A program made the translations under genes and the position numbers. A stretch of 63,428 nt of DNA, counting the filler, from Saprolegnia diclina VS20 (taxonomy: Eukaryota), in NCBI RefSeq assembly GCF_000281045.1. It is 3 parts of 2 records of this genome, joined end to end, with 100 filler letters (N's around TTAATTAATTAA, not from the genome) between each part and the next. Parts side by side here need not be neighbours in the genome. Positions count along the whole stretch, not along the records: positions 1 to 20,400 come from NW_008246193.1; 2 more parts are not named here. One strand, written 5' to 3'. Below are positions 1-11,391 of the stretch, in pieces (positions within the stretch are counted from its first letter, which is position 1; every line of letters begins with the position of its first letter). The notes beneath the pieces are model-generated. The model did not search any database. It was not told the DNA's origin and worked only from the letters and a program-made list of their open reading frames with translations.

Positions 1-248
1 AGGCGCAGTTTGCTTGTTACCGTCACGGACGACGACGAGTGCGCGTCACCAACGTCTGAGTACAAGCAAGAGGCCGACAAATCGCTTGTCTAGGTGTCGG
101 CACTTGAAAATGACGCATATGCACCAAGATCCAAAATAAGATATATAATCTCGTATATATATAGAAATACTCTTTCTTACGGCGCAGTCTACCTGGTAGA
201 CTGACTCCGATAGGTGCGATCTACCAGCACTTAGAGGGTCAGTCTACG

Positions 249-300
249 GCACTTAAGAGGGTTATTCCGCACTTAAGAGGGTTATTCCGCACTTAAGGGG
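249..300 (+). repeat. 20-bp tandem repeat (GCACTTAAGAGGGTTATTCC x2.6)
   Basis: Direct copies at 249-268 and 269-288, a partial copy at 289-300, and a degenerate copy near 227-240. Confidence 0.9.
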
Positions 301-2199
301 TACTCGTTTTGGATTCGAAATGCTCGCATTTGTTGTTATTCACAGCACGGGCGCTGGGCGCTCATGGAGGAAGTAATTGGCTTGTATGTGCCTCCATAAT
401 TATAGCAACTGCAGCGATTGCCACTCGCTACCTCCACGAAGCAATGCCTAAGGGCCCAGGAAGGCTCCCTACGTACCAGGAATATGCGATCAATCAAATA
501 CCTGAAGCTTCCACGGGCCTTTAGTGATGCATTCGGCATTTGCAGCCGCTCACTAAAACTAAAACTGACAGTAATACTCGCGTACTCGCACACAAGTACG
601 AGCATACCGAACGAGCATACCGAACCTTCATGCCAAACCTTCACAATACCTTCACAACGAGAGCAAAAACAACGCTTGATAACCAGCTTGCCAATTGTCA
701 ATATAAATCTATTTTATAATCCTATAATCAAAATTGACTCACAGCTCAAGTCGATCAGCTTTGCCTTCATAAGCAAACGGTCAGGGTATCGAACCCGTGA
801 TTTTGCACATTTTTCGCAGCTCAAATAAAATTCACCTATCCTTATTTTTGATACGCTACGAGCATGGCGCCAACGCTAACCAAGTTACGCCCTGTACTGC
901 GCCTTATGCACACGCACACTGTGATGTTCACCAATTACTGCGTTATGAATATACATATTCGAAGCGCTATGCGTCCAGCCCCCGCATCGCTTGGAGGACA
1001 ATAGACCGCTTCCTGGTCGGTACTAAGTTAGTAGAAAAAAACGCCCTTTCGTTGCGCCCCTGCAAGCACTAGCGGATAGTAGTAAAACGGCAAACCGAGC
1101 TGTGTACGCAAGCCCTTATATATATAAGAACGTGTTCCGCGTTATCTTCATTATGACACAAAGTCTTCGCATATGTAGCGCTACGCCTGAATGCGTGGGA
1201 GTTGGCTCCAGCACTTGGTCGTTCGGAGTGAGCTGCGTACGGAGAGATCCATCCCGTGGTGGACCCCACTCGCCGAGTCATAGCCCTTACGTAATGAAAG
1301 TGATTGATGTCATCCCTACGCTAGTGGGCTGGAGCTCCAATGCATCGAGTAGAGCCCGGGAGAGGAAATATGGTCCTGTGTTCCATCGCTCTTTGCCACA
1401 GCAACAGCCACTCTTTCGTACTTCCGTGAGGCGCCCGTTTAATTAAGCATACAACACGACTAGAAAGACAACATAAAGCTTTGACGCACTGCTAGCTCTA
1501 CAGGAAGGCTATACCTTGCTCACTTGCATGTCCAAACCCGCGCAACGACTCGATATGCATGCCCGCAACTAGTGTCCCTCCAGCAGATTCAAATACCGTC
1601 GCATTCGAATCTTCTGCCTGATTCATTCCGGATAATTCATTTCCTGTTGTCTTCATCCGCCGGGATCAATGCGCAAACGCGGAACGCCGCGAGAAAATTC
1701 CATTGGCCGGCCAGGCAGGTCAACAGCCACATCAAGCGTCACGTCAACAAACGCGTATCCGGAAATAGCTCTTATTGGCTGGAATGGTGGAGCATTTCAT
1801 ACAACCTTGCATTTGATTGGTCGGAACAGAAAAGAACACGTGAAGCCATCGGACTTCACTTGACGCTAGCTTTCCATTGGCTCGAATAGACTGACTGGCC
1901 AGGAGCGCCCAACATTTTGAAACTCTAATCGCCATTTCACTTTTCAATTTGCTTCCGACTGCGCACATGGCCGACGGCCAACAAAGTCTGTCGCCGGGCA
2001 TCAAGGCTATTTGTCCGGAAGGGCGCCGCATCACCGGCATTCCGGCCACGCTCGCCGCCGCCGCCACGGACTAATGCAACAAAACTCGCACCACGGTCAA
2101 GACGACAAAATCTTCGTGGTGGCCAGTCGTTCAAGCAGGTTGCCAGGACAGTCGAGCAAGGCGTCGGACACGTGCTCGATCGCTACGGGCGCGCCGTCG

Positions 2200-2462
2200 G
2201 ACCAGTCAAGCGGCAGCAGGGCGGCAACGGGTCGGTGGGGCGCCGTTTCGGCTCTGTCGGGCGCCGTGTCGAGTCGTACTTTGCGCCGTCAGGCCCATCG
2301 GGCAGCAACGGGTCGGTCGTACGCCGCGTCAAGTCGGTCGGTCGTACGCCGCGTCAAGTCGGTCGGTCGTACGCCGCGTCGTGTCGGTCGGTCGGACGCC
2401 GCGTCAAGTCGGTCGCGCGCCGCATCGTGTCGGTCAGGCGCCGTATCGGCTCTGTCGGGCGA
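2200..2462 (+). repeat. GC-rich imperfect tandem repeat (GTCGGTCGTACGCCGCGTCAA-like units)
   Basis: About 4-5 reiterations of GGTCGGTCGTACGCCGCGTC(AA) at 2311-2415. TCGGCTCTGTCGGGCG and GCAACGGGTCGGT are each present twice. Confidence 0.75.
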
Positions 2463-4103
2463 TTTTATACCGCGCCGCTGACGCGGCGCATCATGAGCTT
2501 CTTCGAGCATCAAGAAGCCTACCACGCAACCGCGTGGCCCACCCGACGGTTGCATTGCCAGGTCAAGAAGCCGGAGAAGATACAACATGGTATGTCCAAC
2601 CGTCTGTTTGAGAAGGCGTGAATAGTGTGCTCGATAATCAAGTCTCTTGCTTTCCCCGCATTTTGGTCGTGTTGCGTGTTCTTTAAGGTTTTCATCGATA
2701 TAGGCGTCACCGCGGCGATGACGTGCTCTGTTGTCGTCATTCAAGGTACGATGGCGTATGCTCAAGCACTGCCGTCTCTTGCCCTTTTCGACAACTCCCG
2801 GCTTTGGACGCGCTGCGCGGCCCGTTCTGCACCCGATTGCTACCGACGCCATGCTCGTGGTTCGCTTCGACGGCGCCGTTGATTCTCGTCTTTCCTGCGG
2901 CTGCGGAAGAAGGCGCCGCCGCAGCATTGAAGTCCTCTTCCGGTCAGCCCGACACTCGAGCCATTTGCGCCCGCGCGGCCTGCCGGTTCCGCTTCACGTG
3001 CAGGACTCGCTTGCTTTCTGAAGGCGTATGCGCACACCAAAATTGAAGAAAGTGCACTTGGCGCAGGCGATGTAGCAAAGTACCCAGGCGCGCGTTTTTT
3101 GTAAACTTGATATATTGATACTTTTGTGTTCCTAGTTGCTATTTCGCACGTATGCGCAAAGGAAGAGCTGCAGCGCGCTGCCTAGTTGTCTACTAGCTTT
3201 GAGCTAATTATTGTTTTGTCGAATGCTTTTTGTACGACAATTTCCTCCATCGCTGGAGGCTTGACTATGCTAAACCGGTCACATCCGGTTGCGCTGGCCA
3301 GTCTACCAGTCTACCCAGTCTACCACTGAAAATCACGCAATGATCACATATCTTTATAATCTTGTCTTATTGTAAGCTAATATGAAATTGTGAATAGAGT
3401 ACGTATTGCGCGAGGAGGCTTGACAGTATCTGCGATGCAGCAGCAAGCATCGCGGGTTTCGGAGGGTCCCATGCACACACATATTTTGGCTGACCAATGA
3501 GAACGCAGATATGAGATCATTTTGTATAATCACATACTAGTACTACATAAGCCACAGACCGCACACAACACAGGAATCGTCTGATCAGGTGTAACCCGGT
3601 GATTCCAACCAACTCAATGGACCCATGCATCTACCTGCCGAGGTAGATGCCGCTAGGTAGACGCATTCATTCGAATGCAAGACTTCTAATATTAGTGGGA
3701 GCTCAGTCATCGGCGTGTCCTGGACGTTGGTCGCTGGAATGATGGTCTATGTTCCGAGCCGTACTTCCGACGTTGCAAGTGTCACTGCGCAGGTGATCTT
3801 CAAAATTCAAAAATCCCTAGTCGCAGAACATTAAACAAACGGGATCACGGAACTATCGCTGTGGGTGGCTACAGTCGAGTGGAGTGGTCGACATCCGGTC
3901 CACGGCAACAAATTTCATGAAGCGTGTGCAACCGTCGACGCCATTCCAACGACTCGGCCAAACGAGCGGTGGCCACGAGAAAAGGGCCGTGGTACCCACA
4001 CCCAGTGCTCGGTTTCTCCTGGCAGAGCCTTGGTAACTGCGACTTGGTCCGGTGTACTCGGTTTGTCCTCCTGCTGTCGCTGCCGCCTCCTCTCCCAAAA
4101 CAC

Positions 4104-4120
4104 GTCATTTTCATTTTTGC
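4104..4120 (+). promoter_or_regulatory. Oomycete-type INR+FPR core promoter element upstream of the GNAT gene
   Basis: GTCATTTTCATTTTTGC just upstream of ATG 4127 resembles the oomycete initiator (YCAYTYY) plus flanking FPR (MWTTTNC). Confidence 0.5.
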
Positions 4121-4126
4121 ATCGTC

Positions 4127-5066
4127 ATGATCCAAGCCATCGAGACTGCCGCAGCCTTCTTGGACTCTATCGCGCCACTGACAATCGCAGATCCTGAGGG
4201 ACTGCAACTCATTGGCATCGTCGCGCGCGTCACTACCGGCAACCATCACTTTGTCTCGGTCGACGCAACGACCGGCGAGGTCCGCGCCTGTGCCCTTGTC
4301 ACCAGCCGCGGGCTCATCATGAGCCCGACCATGGAAGCCACCGACGCCCGTGCGCTTGGCCTCCTCGTCGCCTCAACCGTGCCCGGTTTAATTCCCGAAG
4401 CACGGGGTCCGAAAGCGAGCCTCCCAGCATTTCTCGACGGCTACACCTCCAAGCACGTGACGGCCAAGGTGACACCGCACCATCACTTGCTGCTCTACGT
4501 GCTCAACCCAGCGGCGCTGCCGACGAACGTCAACGCCATCGGTGGTCGGACTGTGGTCGGTGCCGCGGCGCTGGCAACGACTGAGCACAAGCCTTTGCTC
4601 CTTGCGTTTATGGCGCGCTTCTACGACGAGGTCGGTGAGCCCTCGACGCCCGCCGCGATTGAAGCCAGCCTCGACGCGCAGATGGCACGTCAAGGCATGT
4701 ATGTCTGGCTCGTGGACGGCAGTGTCGTGGCCTGCGCCGGGCACTCGGCCCCTGTGCCTGCCCCCGATGGTATTATACGTCCAAGAAGGACACTATTGTC
4801 TTATGTGTCTGTGATGACTAGGGTCGTTTGCGCTGTATCGCATCATGACGGTGTTTACACCGGAAGCGCATCGGGGCAACGGGTACGCGTCGGCGCTGAC
4901 GGCGAGTATTTGCCACAACCTGCTTGCATTGCGTGACGGACCGCCAAGCCGCCTCATGCTCTTTGCAGACGCGACGGTCGCGGCGGCCAACAAGGCATAC
5001 CAACGCATTGGTTTTGTTCAAAAGAGCGAGATGATTACAGCGCGTGTCGAATCGACCGAGTCATAA
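4127..5066 (+). CDS. GNAT-family N-acetyltransferase (bacterial FR47/COG3393-like), 2 exons
   Basis: ATG 4127. A GT..AG intron at 4770-4821 (52 nt) joins ...PDG to SFALYRIMTVFTPEAHRGNGYASAL (acetyl-CoA motif A). The C-terminus LMLFADATVAAANKAYQRIGF is motif B. Stop at 5066. Confidence 0.85.
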
Positions 5067-5147
5067 GGCAGAATTCATACAGCGTTTTCAAGAGTACATC
5101 AACTGCAATGTCTGCCTTCCAAACACCAACGCGTTGGGCTGTTTTCT

Positions 5148-7175
5148 TTACTGTCTCTGGCTCAAACACGCGTGTGTGAGCAATCGCTGGAGCTCGGCAT
5201 CCTGGACGGCAGCAGCGCAACGCTGGGCGTTGGCGCCAGCGGCATTGCGCCAGAAATGACTACAAACACTGGCCAGTGCCCAGTCCACGACCGCCCCGCG
5301 CTTCAAGAGTGTTGTTGCGCGCGCTTCGACGGATGGCAGGAGCTCCAAGTTGGCCTTTTGTCCTTGGGTCGTCAACTCGGACGAGGTGAGTTCGCGCAGC
5401 GTTGGGCGCCAGCGGTCCGGGAGCACAAACAAATCGAGCAGAAAGAGGACGTTGTCGATGGCGTCCGTCGGGTGCATGCAGAGTGGCAGGAGCCGCTGGC
5501 TCTTGGTCGCACACTGCGGCACACCGGCGATCGCACCAAGCGCGGACCGCGCGGCTTCGATGCTGGGACACCACTGCTTGAATGTCTCGGGACTTGTGAT
5601 GGTGATCTCGGCTTCGAGTACGCTTTTCCAGCCGAGCTCGGGCTGGCGCTTCAAGATACGCGCCGCGACGTCGGGTCTGCCGTGCCGCCAGGCTTCCTTG
5701 ACAGCCGAGACCGACCCGCCTTCGTGTCGATGCGTCAATAGAAAATCGACTATCGGCCACGCGCTGCTTGTCACGGCGCCGTCGAGCGCGGCGGTCGTGC
5801 AGCCAGCCGGCGAATGCTCGTGGAGGTACTGGACGAGTGCGAGACTGCCTTGGGTGCACGCCTCGTCCAACCACGCCGCGCGATACGGAACCTCGAAAGC
5901 CACCAAAAGTCGAATGACCTCGATGGTGTAGCGCGTGATCGCAAGCGACTCGAGTGTCGGAAATGTATACCCGAGGGAGAGTAGATGCTGCGCGATCGAC
6001 GCATGACCGTTCTCCAGTGCAATCCCAACGACGCGGTTTCGGCTACCGCCTTCGCTTCGGTGGGCCAAGAGGAAGCGCACGACGGGCTCATGGCCGTTGC
6101 CAGCAGCGTCGTCGACAGCAAAGACGGTGCAGTCGTAAGTGCCAAGAGAATGGAGGTACTGAACGACCGCAAGGTGACCGTTGGCCGCCGCAAAGTCGAG
6201 CATGTTAAGCGACGCACCCTCAGTTCGGTGCTCGGCGAGGAAGCGGACAACGTCGAGATGGCCGAGCGCAATGGCTTCGTCAAGCGCCTTGACGGTGCAG
6301 CCTTCGGTTCGGTTGAAATGAAGAAACTCAACGACCTCCAAATGACCGTTGGCCGCCGCCTCGTCCATGGCCTTGACGGTGCAGCCTTCGGTTCGATGCG
6401 CATGCAGAAAGGCGACGACCGCCAAATGCCCATTCGCTGCCGCCTTGTCGAGCGCGTCTGTCCGACAAGAAAAGCCGAGCTCGTGGAGCTGTCGTACGAG
6501 CGGCAGCCACCCTTGTGCGGCAGCGTCCTCCAAGAGCGACGGGTACGCGAGCCACGGAAGCAACTCGAGGGCCAGCATGACGTTGGTCAGCGTACCCTGG
6601 ACAATGGCCGACCGGATGTCGGACGAGAGGACACCATTGTTGCTGACGCCAAAGCGCACCAGCAGCATGAGGGCCTTCGAGTCGTTGCTGCGCAGCGCTT
6701 GCGCGAGCGCCCAACGCGTTTGGGTACCTTGTCGCTCGACGAGCGCGTTGAGAGGTCGGCGGAGCTCGGGCACGTTCCTTCGCTGGTTCAGAAGAAACTC
6801 GGCAATCTCGATGCGGCTGCTGGTGAACGCCAGCATGATGGCGTCTTCGGACGCGAGATCCGGACGACACCGAAGGATGCGCTGGGTGAGGCGCAGACAA
6901 CCTTGGGCAATGGCCACGTGCAGCGGCAACCGCTCATCGCGCTCAAGGCCTCTCAGACCGTACAGCATGGCGCCGAAATGAGCCATTGGCGAGAGGCCGT
7001 CGGTAAAGCGAGAGTGGAAGGACGGGTCGACAACATACTGATGTCCGGCAAAGCCCACGAGGCAGTCGATGGCGCGGAAGGCCTTCTGGACGTCGGCGTA
7101 GACGCCAGACTGGAAGCAAAAGACGACCGACGCAAGCTCGGGCTGCTGGAGCACGACGCTCCCAAAGTTGGCCAT
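5148..7175 (-). CDS. Ankyrin-repeat protein (oomycete expanded family), 675 aa, intronless
   Basis: Repeated DxAAANGHLxVVxFLHxxRTEGCTxxA ankyrin units in a long single ORF. Confidence 0.9.
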   Translation of the reverse strand: MANFGSVVLQQPELASVVFCFQSGVYADVQKAFRAIDCLVGFAGHQYVVDPSFHSRFTDGLSPMAHFGAMLYGLRGLERDERLPLHVAIAQGCLRLTQRILRCRPDLASEDAIMLAFTSSRIEIAEFLLNQRRNVPELRRPLNALVERQGTQTRWALAQALRSNDSKALMLLVRFGVSNNGVLSSDIRSAIVQGTLTNVMLALELLPWLAYPSLLEDAAAQGWLPLVRQLHELGFSCRTDALDKAAANGHLAVVAFLHAHRTEGCTVKAMDEAAANGHLEVVEFLHFNRTEGCTVKALDEAIALGHLDVVRFLAEHRTEGASLNMLDFAAANGHLAVVQYLHSLGTYDCTVFAVDDAAGNGHEPVVRFLLAHRSEGGSRNRVVGIALENGHASIAQHLLSLGYTFPTLESLAITRYTIEVIRLLVAFEVPYRAAWLDEACTQGSLALVQYLHEHSPAGCTTAALDGAVTSSAWPIVDFLLTHRHEGGSVSAVKEAWRHGRPDVAARILKRQPELGWKSVLEAEITITSPETFKQWCPSIEAARSALGAIAGVPQCATKSQRLLPLCMHPTDAIDNVLFLLDLFVLPDRWRPTLRELTSSELTTQGQKANLELLPSVEARATTLLKRGAVVDWALASVCSHFWRNAAGANAQRCAAAVQDAELQRLLTHACLSQRQ

Positions 7176-7203
7176 GCAACTATGGCAAAGTGGTGCTCTG
7201 CAT

Positions 7204-8196
7204 CAGAGGTCTGCACGGGATTTTCGACCCACCCAACCCAGCCCATTGGTTAAAAAATATTTTTCGACCCACCCAGCCCAGCCCATGGGGTCTTTCAACC
7301 CACCCAGACCCATACCCAGACCCACGGGTCGATGGGTCTGCTGAGGGTCAATGGGTCCAATATAAAAATATCAATCAAAACAATTGACCAAGCAAAATAG
7401 GAGAGGAGGATTGGGCATCTTGTCGTCACACCAGTCAACGGTGACGAGCTTGCGCTTCGCGCCGCGGTCCGTCGTTGCCGATGAATGGTACATGGCGTCC
7501 TGCGTCGAGGTTGGAGCGTTGGAAGCGACGCGAGCCTTCGGTGAAGCGGGCAAGTCGGGCATTTCCGTCGCAATGTCCTTGATTAGTGCGATCGCCCGCG
7601 TCTCTTCGTCGGCCGAAATGTACTCCTTCTTGAGCGAGCCGAGCTTCGTCGGGTCGAAGAAAGGCGGCCGCGAGATGGATGTCGCTGAAAAGGATCTTCT
7701 CCGTGAGCACGTCGCCAACTGCCTTGCGTAAGGCAGCGATATCGCTGGAGTCGGCGTCATCGGGAAGGCAATGCTTGCGTAGCGCAGAGACGAAAGCAAG
7801 TCACGGATTGAGGACATGAAGATCACCGCAAGAAGACTTAAGTGTTGTCGAGAGATGACAAAACTGAGGTCATTATTCACACATATTACATGTAGCTGTC
7901 GGCATTCACGAGGCGGGAGTCGGCGGAGCTCTCGGTGGCATGACCGCATCACGCATTCAGAAGCCACGAGTCGTCATGGGACGTCGTCATCATTCGCTGA
8001 CGATTACATGATCGAAGCTGGGTCGGCATGGCCGCTGCCCATGCGCCAACCCGACCCAACCCATGTTTTTTTCGGGCCGACCCAACCCAACCCGGCACCA
8101 CTTTTTTTTTCGACCCACCCAGCTGGGCCCACGAGCCCGGGTTGGGCCGAGCCGAGTCATGGGTCATGGGCCAATGGGTCATTCTGCGGATCTCTG
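7204..8196. mobile_element. Non-autonomous hAT-superfamily DNA transposon (993 bp) with transposase remnant
   Basis: Identical 8-bp flanks CTCTGCAT at 7196-7203 and 8197-8204. Imperfect TIRs CAGAGGTCTGCA / CAGAGATCCGCA (10/12 match). Dense GACCCA/ACCCAACCC subterminal repeats at both ends. A minus-strand frameshifted 'DIHLAAAF..DPTKL' resembles the hAT AxxLDP motif. Confidence 0.85.
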
Positions 8197-8506
8197 CTCT
8201 GCATGGATACCGGTATGTCATTTGGCATGCGAACTTCATTCACCGGCGTCCTCGAGATCCCAGAGTGCACGTTGCGAGTGCACACGTGTACCTTCACTCA
8301 CGGCGCGACTTTGCAGCTGTGCGACAGACGCATGTAACGTCTGGAGCTGGAATGGACGGTCTCGGTTGCTGGCGGTTTCAGGTCGGTTGTCCGCATATCA
8401 CTTGGCCACCTCTTGTTGCGTGCATTCGCAAGGCTAGCAATTTGCACCAATTTATGAACGATGCCTGCACCAGAAACTCAAACAAATAGAATGCCACACT
8501 ACAAAG

Positions 8507-9454
8507 TTACACATGCGACTCGTCGACGCGCTTGTACTCGGTCGTTGGCACCGGGCACTCGATCGGTTTGGTCTCTTGGCGCTTGTACGTCAAGACGCTG
8601 TCGGTCGTAAAGACCACGAGCGCGATCCAAATCACGATAAAGCCAATGAGCTTGGTCGTCGTGAACGGCTCGTCGTAGAGGAAAAGGCCCAGCAGAAACG
8701 TGATCGTCGGGCAAACGTACTGCAAAATGCCCATGAGAGCCATCGGGATGACCGGCGCCGCCTTGGCAAAGAGGATCAACGGCAAGATCGTAATCACGCC
8801 CGTGCCCACGAGGAGGAGATTGGTCTTGGTGTCGACGTGGCCAAACGCCCCGCTGCCCTGCGCGTCGACGCAAACCAAGTAGATGGCTGCCGGCACGAGC
8901 ATCAAGCTAGTCTCGAGCGTCAAGCCATGGAACGAGTCGAGCGGCGCCATCTTCTTGGCCAAATTGTACAAGCCCGACGTCGTCGCGAGCGTGATGGCGA
9001 GGTACGGGAACTTGCCGTACGCGATCGTCGGGATCAAGACGCCGACGAGCGCGATGCCGAGCGCGATCCACTGCCACTTGGAGAGCGATTCCTTGAGGAA
9101 GACGCGACCGAGAACCGCGTTGACCATCGGGTTGATAAAGTACCCGAGGCTGAGTTCGATGATGCGGTTCGAGTTGGTCGCAAAGACGTAGATGAAGAAG
9201 TTGCCCGTGAGGAGGACGATCGCAATGCCGTAAATCAAGATATTGCGCTTCGTAAAGGCGACAGCCGCGTACGCGCGCCATTGGCACGTCAGAAGCACGA
9301 TGGCGAGGAGGATGAGGCCGGACCACAACACGCGGTGCACGGCGACTTGCATGTCGGGCACGTCCGGGAGCTGCTTCCAGTAGATGGGAAAGAACCCCCA
9401 CATCGTAAACGCCGTGAGCGCGCAGAGGACGCCGTGCTGCAGTGACATCGACAT
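8507..9454 (-). CDS. rarD: RarD-like EamA/DMT-superfamily transporter, copy 1, intronless
   Basis: About 10 TM segments. Motifs WGFFPIYWK, HRVLWS, SLGYFINPMVNAVLG..FLKE.L..WQW, GLTLET, GILQYVCPT..FLLG..LYDEPF. First ATG at 9454. Confidence 0.9.
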   Translation of the reverse strand: MSMSLQHGVLCALTAFTMWGFFPIYWKQLPDVPDMQVAVHRVLWSGLILLAIVLLTCQWRAYAAVAFTKRNILIYGIAIVLLTGNFFIYVFATNSNRIIELSLGYFINPMVNAVLGRVFLKESLSKWQWIALGIALVGVLIPTIAYGKFPYLAITLATTSGLYNLAKKMAPLDSFHGLTLETSLMLVPAAIYLVCVDAQGSGAFGHVDTKTNLLLVGTGVITILPLILFAKAAPVIPMALMGILQYVCPTITFLLGLFLYDEPFTTTKLIGFIVIWIALVVFTTDSVLTYKRQETKPIECPVPTTEYKRVDESHV

Positions 9455-9885
9455 GGCAAAAAGCAAAGTGACGTCGCTGGACGTGGGAGTTGGTCACGCT
9501 GGGATACGCAAGATACGTGGGTGCGGTCCACAGCATCCACTCGTTCTTGTACCTGGAGCAATCATTGCTTGTCGCGAGCGGTGCCATCGACGCGATACTG
9601 GAAGGCGATCGTTTTGAAGTGGTTTTAGTCGTACATTAGTACATTAGTACACCGAGAAAGTGCTCAACTAGACGTTTTTCGGTTATCAAGACAACGGAGG
9701 CTATGCAGGAGCAGGTTGGACGTCCCACGTCGGTTGGATACGTGGCTGCAATGTGTCGAGGGTGTGACGTTGGCGCGTCACGCCTCGACGATGCCAGCGA
9801 CGGAGCGTTCATCAACTGCCTGTGTGATGACGTGGCAGCGCGAGCAAGCAGTCAACAAAGCAACCAAGACACAATATTTTTAAGC

Positions 9886-10824
9886 TTATACTGTCTCCTT
9901 CTCCTTGGACATCTCCACGTAGCTCGCGCTCGGTTCTTGGATAGCCACCGCTTTCGAACTCCGATGGTGCCAGTAAATGCCTTCGGCTGTAAACAGTAGG
10001 AGCGCCAGCCACACCAAAATGAACCCCACCAGCTTGTACGTCGAGAACGGCTCGTGGTAGATGAGCACGCCGACGAGGAACTGCAGACTCGGACACACAT
10101 ATTGGATGACGCCCAGCAGACTCAGCGGGATGCGCTGCGCCGCCGACGAAAAGAAGAGCAGCGGGATGATCGTCACGACGCCCGCCAGCAGCATGAGGAC
10201 AGTCTGGACCGTGTTGACATGGAGAAAGGCTGCAGTGCCGTTCGCTTGGACGACAATGAGGTACGCTAGCGACGGGAGAAAGAGGATGCCGGTCTCGAGC
10301 GTGAGGCCGTAGAGAGAGTTGAGCGGCGCCTTCTTCTTGACGAGGCCGTAAAGGCCAAAGGAGAGTGCGAGGCAGAGTGCGATCCATGGAAACTTTCCGT
10401 AGGCAAACGCTACGACAAGGACGCCGGCAGTGGCCACAGCGAGCGACGCCCACTGGAGATACCGGAGTCGTTCTTTGAGAAAGGCGACGCCGAGGAGGAC
10501 GTTGATGAGCGGGTTGATAAAGTACCCGAGGCTCGTTTCGATGACATGGCCGGCGTTGACGGCCCACACAAAGAGGAGCCAGTTGGTGAAGATCATAAGC
10601 GCCGAGACCGTGTAGATGACAAGGTTGCGCTTGGTGAGCGCGGCATCTCGGAACGCGGGCCATTGGCAGGTACCCAGAATGACGAGGCTAAGCGCGAGGA
10701 AGGACCAGACGATGCGGTGCATGGCGAGCTGGAGCGCCGAGATGTCATCGAGCTGCTTCCAGTAGATGGGAAAGAAACCCCAGATGATAAAGGCCGCGAG
10801 CGCGTACGCGATGCCGAGGCGCAT
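9886..10824 (-). CDS. rarD: RarD-like EamA/DMT transporter, copy 2, intronless
   Basis: Starts MRLGIAYALAAFIIWGFFPIYWKQL and contains SLGYFINPLINVLLG..FLKERL..LQW. ATG 10824 matches the paralog starts. Confidence 0.9.
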   Translation of the reverse strand: MRLGIAYALAAFIIWGFFPIYWKQLDDISALQLAMHRIVWSFLALSLVILGTCQWPAFRDAALTKRNLVIYTVSALMIFTNWLLFVWAVNAGHVIETSLGYFINPLINVLLGVAFLKERLRYLQWASLAVATAGVLVVAFAYGKFPWIALCLALSFGLYGLVKKKAPLNSLYGLTLETGILFLPSLAYLIVVQANGTAAFLHVNTVQTVLMLLAGVVTIIPLLFFSSAAQRIPLSLLGVIQYVCPSLQFLVGVLIYHEPFSTYKLVGFILVWLALLLFTAEGIYWHHRSSKAVAIQEPSASYVEMSKEKETV

Positions 10825-11391
10825 GGGCGATGGCGGGGATCGAGGAACACTGCCGATGGAAAGGGCAACGTCGGCGCGCACCCGGAACACCACCGACGCC
10901 GGATCGTTCCGAGGGACCCCTACATAAAATGAATAGCTTGTCTTTTGTATCAATGGGGTGGGGGCCTTGAAAAAAGACGTGGAGTTTGCACTTGAAGTTG
11001 AAGTATGGGTGGTGGAGGAGCTGCCACGTGGGTGCGACGATACTAGTAAGTAGCTCATGTAGTAGTCTCGTTCGACGGCGATGGCTGCTCGCGAGAAGCT
11101 GGCATAAGAGTTTACTACGACGTCGACGGCGTCTCCGAGACTAATAATGGGCACCTCTGACGAATAATGGGCTCCTCTCCAGCACCGGCAAAAGGTTCAA
11201 TAAGATCACGTAAGCTAAGATCTTACTTGCTTATTTGGCTCGGCGGAAAGGCTACTGCAAGTACCCACTAGGATACGATTCGCACCAATCATGTATCGAC
11301 CCACGACGAAGCAATCCTTGAGATCATTCTGTAAAGATTCAAAGTTGCTAAGTATGTAGTAGCTCGGAAAGTCCTAATGGCTAGAAGAGGA

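Noticed and set aside
249..300. Short direct repeats as a CRISPR array (also 44072-44131)
   Set aside because: The units are contiguous with no unique spacers, there are no cas genes, and the context is eukaryotic.
2011..2927. Overlapping Arg/Ser-rich ORFs
   Set aside because: Produced by the GC-rich tandem repeat; no recognisable domain.
5985..7253. 422-aa plus-strand ORF, and similar antisense ORFs at 8513-9445, 29743-31035 and 58412-59650
   Set aside because: Shadows of real genes on the opposite strand.
10825..11154. 110-aa N-terminal extension of rarD copy 2 in the ORF track
   Set aside because: Absent from the paralogs, starts at a non-ATG codon, and has non-coding-like composition. 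ATG 10824 is preferred.
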